Shown: positions 61,260 to 64,000 of the stretch, in pieces
Position numbering within the stretch: position 1 is the stretch's first letter
How the letters are laid out: the number at the start of each line of letters is the position of its first letter
NCBI GenBank assembly: GCA_965198005.1
Contig: CBDAOI010000003.1
Location: 480,001 to 544,000, forward strand
Direction of reading: 5' to 3'
Length of the DNA stretch: 64,000 nucleotides
From: Spirochaetia bacterium
Lineage (GTDB): Bacteria > Spirochaetota > Spirochaetia > SZUA-6 > Bin103
Position numbers and translations under genes: made by a program
Notes under the pieces: generated by a model
Told to the model about the DNA's origin: nothing
Databases searched by the model: none
Seen by the model: only the letters and a program-made list of their open reading frames with translations

Positions 61260-62042
61260 GTGCGCCAGTTTCTGCTGGCGGATGCCGCGCCCGGCATGAC
61301 CCGCGACCTGGCCGGCGCCGACTACCACTATCTGGCGCGCGTCCGGCGATTGCGCCCCGGCGCGCGGCTCACGGTGGTGGACAGCGCGGGCATTCGCTAC
61401 GCGGCGCAGGTGACCGAGGTCGGCGGCGACCGCTTGCGGCTGGTGGTGGGCGCGCGCGCGGCGGACGGCGCGGACGGCGCGGCGGGCGGCGTGGCGCGCA
61501 CCCTGACTCTGATTCAGGCTTTGCCCAGGGCTGCCCTGATGGATCGGATCGTGCGCCAGGCCACCGAGCTGGGGGTGCGCACCATCGTGCCGGTGGTCGC
61601 GGAGCGCTGCCAGGGCCGGCACCCCGGCGGGGAGCGTGAGGCGGAACAACGCAGATGGTCGCGCTGGCAGCGCATCGCCCGCCAGGCCGCGCAGCAGAGC
61701 GGGGCCGCGCCGCCGCAGGTCGAGCGACCGCTGCCGCTGGCGGCGTTTCTGGCCCGACCCGCGTGCGCCCACCTGCAACTGGTATTCGAGCCGGGCACGG
61801 AACCGCTGCACCGGTTGCTGCAACGGGATGCGGCCGCGGCCACGGCCGAGAGCGTGCACTGTGCGATCGGCCCGGAGGGGGCGTATTCGCCGGCGGAGCT
61901 GGAGCTGTTCGCCGCGCATGGGTTTCACCTGGTCGGCCTGGACGCACCGGTGCTGCGCGTCGACACCGCCGCCGCGGCGGCACTGGCGGCCACCCGGCAA
62001 CTGCTGGCGGAAGCCGCCGCGCGCAGCGCCCGCGGGAGCTGA
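61260..62042 (+). CDS. rsmE: 16S rRNA m3U1498 methyltransferase
   Basis: HY..RV.R, ATELGV, AAQQSG, IGPEG and VLRVDTA motifs. Confidence 0.9.
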   Translation: MRQFLLADAAPGMTRDLAGADYHYLARVRRLRPGARLTVVDSAGIRYAAQVTEVGGDRLRLVVGARAADGADGAAGGVARTLTLIQALPRAALMDRIVRQATELGVRTIVPVVAERCQGRHPGGEREAEQRRWSRWQRIARQAAQQSGAAPPQVERPLPLAAFLARPACAHLQLVFEPGTEPLHRLLQRDAAAATAESVHCAIGPEGAYSPAELELFAAHGFHLVGLDAPVLRVDTAAAAALAATRQLLAEAAARSARGS

Positions 62043-62046
62043 TCGC

Positions 62047-63264
62047 GTGATCCGCCTGCTGTTCATCGACGACGATCGGCGCGCCCACGACACGCTGGAA
62101 CTGGTGCTGCCGCCCGAGTTCGAGCTGATTTCGGCTACCACGCTGGCGCACGGCGCGCGCCTCGCCGCCGCCGGCGAGGTCGACCTGGTGCTGCTCGACG
62201 TCAACTTTCCGGAGGGCAGCGGCCTGGATCTGCTGCCCCGGATCACCGCGCAGCCGGCGCCCCCGCCGGTGGTCATGCTGACCGCCGTCGACGACGTGCG
62301 TCAGGTGGTGGCGGCGGTGCAGGCCGGGGCCAGCGACTATCTGGTCAAGCCGTACGAATTGCCGACCCTGCTGGCGACGCTGCACGCGGCGCTTGCCAAC
62401 GGCGCCGCCCGCCGCGCCGCGGGCGCCCAGCCCCGCTCCGACGACGGCCTGGTGGGGGAGAGCCCGGGGCTGCGGCAGGTGCGTGAGCTGATCCGGCTCT
62501 ACGCCGACTCGGATGCGCCGGTCATGGTGACCGGCGAGAGCGGTACCGGCAAGGAGCTGGTGGCACACGCCGTGCACCGGCTCTCGCACCGCACCGCGGC
62601 ACCGTTCGTCGCCATCAATTGCGGCGCCATTCCGGACACGCTGGTCGAGAGCGAGCTGTTCGGGGCGGAGGCGGGCGCCTTCACCGGCGCCGTGGCGCGC
62701 GCCGGGTGCTTCGAGCGGGCCGAGGGCGGAACCCTGCTGCTCGACGAGGTGGCCGAGATGCCGCTGCCCGCGCAGGTCACGCTGCTGCGCGTCCTGGAGA
62801 CCCGCGAGGTAACCCGGGTCGGCGGCCGCCAGCCGATCCCGCTCAACGTGCGCGTGGTCAGCGCCACCAATCGCGATCCGGAAGGCCAAGTGGCGGCCGG
62901 CACTCTGCGTCTGGACCTCTGGTACCGGCTGGCCGTGCTGGCGATTCAAGTGCCGCCGCTACGCGATCGCAGCCCGGACATTCCGTTGTTGGCGGACGCC
63001 CTGTTGCGCGAGCGCGCGCCGGGCAGCGCCGGCGCCGCCGCCGGAGTCCGGCTCAGCGGCGCGGCGGCCGAACGGCTGCGTGCCCATCCGTGGCCGGGCA
63101 ACGTGCGTGAGCTGCGCAACGTGCTGGAGCGGGCACGCCTGCTGGCGCGGCGGCGCGCGGCCGGCGGCGGGGCGGTGGTGATCGAACCGTCCGACATCGC
63201 CCTGGGCCCGCCCAAACCGGCGTCCGCGCACGGCGCCGGCCCCGCCGGCGCCGCCGGTTTCTGA
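62047..63264 (+). CDS. Sigma54-dependent response regulator (REC plus AAA+), no evident HTH
   Basis: IDDD/LLDV/KP receiver motifs; GESGTGKE, ESELFG, GAFTGA, LDEV and WPGNVRELRN. Confidence 0.92.
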   Translation: MIRLLFIDDDRRAHDTLELVLPPEFELISATTLAHGARLAAAGEVDLVLLDVNFPEGSGLDLLPRITAQPAPPPVVMLTAVDDVRQVVAAVQAGASDYLVKPYELPTLLATLHAALANGAARRAAGAQPRSDDGLVGESPGLRQVRELIRLYADSDAPVMVTGESGTGKELVAHAVHRLSHRTAAPFVAINCGAIPDTLVESELFGAEAGAFTGAVARAGCFERAEGGTLLLDEVAEMPLPAQVTLLRVLETREVTRVGGRQPIPLNVRVVSATNRDPEGQVAAGTLRLDLWYRLAVLAIQVPPLRDRSPDIPLLADALLRERAPGSAGAAAGVRLSGAAAERLRAHPWPGNVRELRNVLERARLLARRRAAGGGAVVIEPSDIALGPPKPASAHGAGPAGAAGF

Positions 63265-63314
63265 GCGCTGGGCGCGGGCGTGCGTTTGGCGTTATATTGC
63301 AGCAGGATTGAAGT

Positions 63315-63695
63315 ATGGCAGACCCAGCGAGAATCGAAGGCCTTCTGCTCTCCCTGTCGCTCACCTACGAGGATGTCGGTGATCAGACCTGGGTGATCAA
63401 CGATAGCGAAAACGGCCTTGAGAACGTCGTCGTGATCCTTGCCGACCCGGTGGTGATCGTGCGCGTCAAGGTAATGAAAGCTCCGGCGGCCGGCCGCGAG
63501 GAGTTCTTCGAGCAGCTCCTGCGGCTCAACCAGTCGGACATGATCCACGGCGCGTACGCGCTGGACGGGAATGACGTCATCCTGCTCAACACCTTGGTGG
63601 GCGACACGCTCGACCTGGAGGAGCTCCAGGCGACCCTTGACGCTATCGGCTTGGCCCTTGCACAGCACTATGAAACGCTCTCCAAGTACCGTTAG
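63315..63695 (+). CDS. YbjN/CesT-like chaperone-fold protein
   Basis: Small acidic protein with LLRLN..D..HGAY and LDLEEL patterns; upstream of pspA. Confidence 0.75.
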   Translation: MADPARIEGLLLSLSLTYEDVGDQTWVINDSENGLENVVVILADPVVIVRVKVMKAPAAGREEFFEQLLRLNQSDMIHGAYALDGNDVILLNTLVGDTLDLEELQATLDAIGLALAQHYETLSKYR

Positions 63696-63725
63696 AACAA
63701 GGTTTTATGTAACGGAGGTCAGCTA

Positions 63726-64000
63726 ATGGGGTTGTTTGACCGCTTTCGGCGCGTGGTGCGCTCCAACATCAACGAAATGATCAGCAAGGCGGAGAATCCC
63801 GAGAAGATGCTGAACCAGCTGATCGTGGACATGAACGAGCAGTTGATCGAATCCAAACGCAGCGTCGCGGCCTCGATCGCGGACGAGAAGCAGCTCGAAC
63901 GCCAGCTCATCGAGCAGCGCCGCAACGCCGAGAAGTGGGAACAGAACGCCATGGCCGCGGTCCGCGCCGGCAAGGACGAGCTGGCCAAGAAGGCGCTGAT
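63726..64000 (+). CDS. pspA: PspA/IM30 family protein (partial)
   Basis: MGLFDRF...SNIN....KAENPEKML.Q...DM; GGAGG RBS; absent from the ORF track because the window edge truncates it. Confidence 0.93.
   Translation, partial: MGLFDRFRRVVRSNINEMISKAENPEKMLNQLIVDMNEQLIESKRSVAASIADEKQLERQLIEQRRNAEKWEQNAMAAVRAGKDELAKKAL

Noticed and set aside
63286-63301. Sigma54 -24/-12 promoter TTGGCGTTATATTGC before ybjN-pspA
   Set aside because: GG and GC are separated by 9 nt rather than the required 10; TATATT fits a sigma70 -10 element better.

Overview
High-GC bacterial chromosomal segment, tentatively from a Spirochaetota-like organism (secreted proteins with '...LWAAGAEEE'/'...LAEGQPE' leaders, a stand-alone DbpA RNA-binding protein, a bat operon beside infA); the taxonomy is an inference. 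Housekeeping blocks are phoA, metE, rmuC, argJ-moxR-bat operon, infA, dksA-like, trmB, ilvC, alr, rsmG-uppP-ftsK, aroK, pfk, lgt, ctpA, rsmE, pspA and two tRNAs. Between them lie heavily rearranged accessory patches: an N4/N6 methyltransferase coupled to a Schlafen/AlbA_2 protein; a decayed HD dNTPase with an intact partner gene; a lower-GC peptide ABC operon with a group II intron RT fragment; several orphan antitoxins; and many duplicated gene fragments. The most striking structure is at 49.0-53.2 kb. A three-recombinase RIT element sits between 382-bp inverted copies of the 3' end of an HNH-nuclease gene. Both copies are broken at the same codon of the HNH motif, and the right end carries a circle-junction-like palindrome. 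All product calls come from motif recognition by eye; no database search was run.
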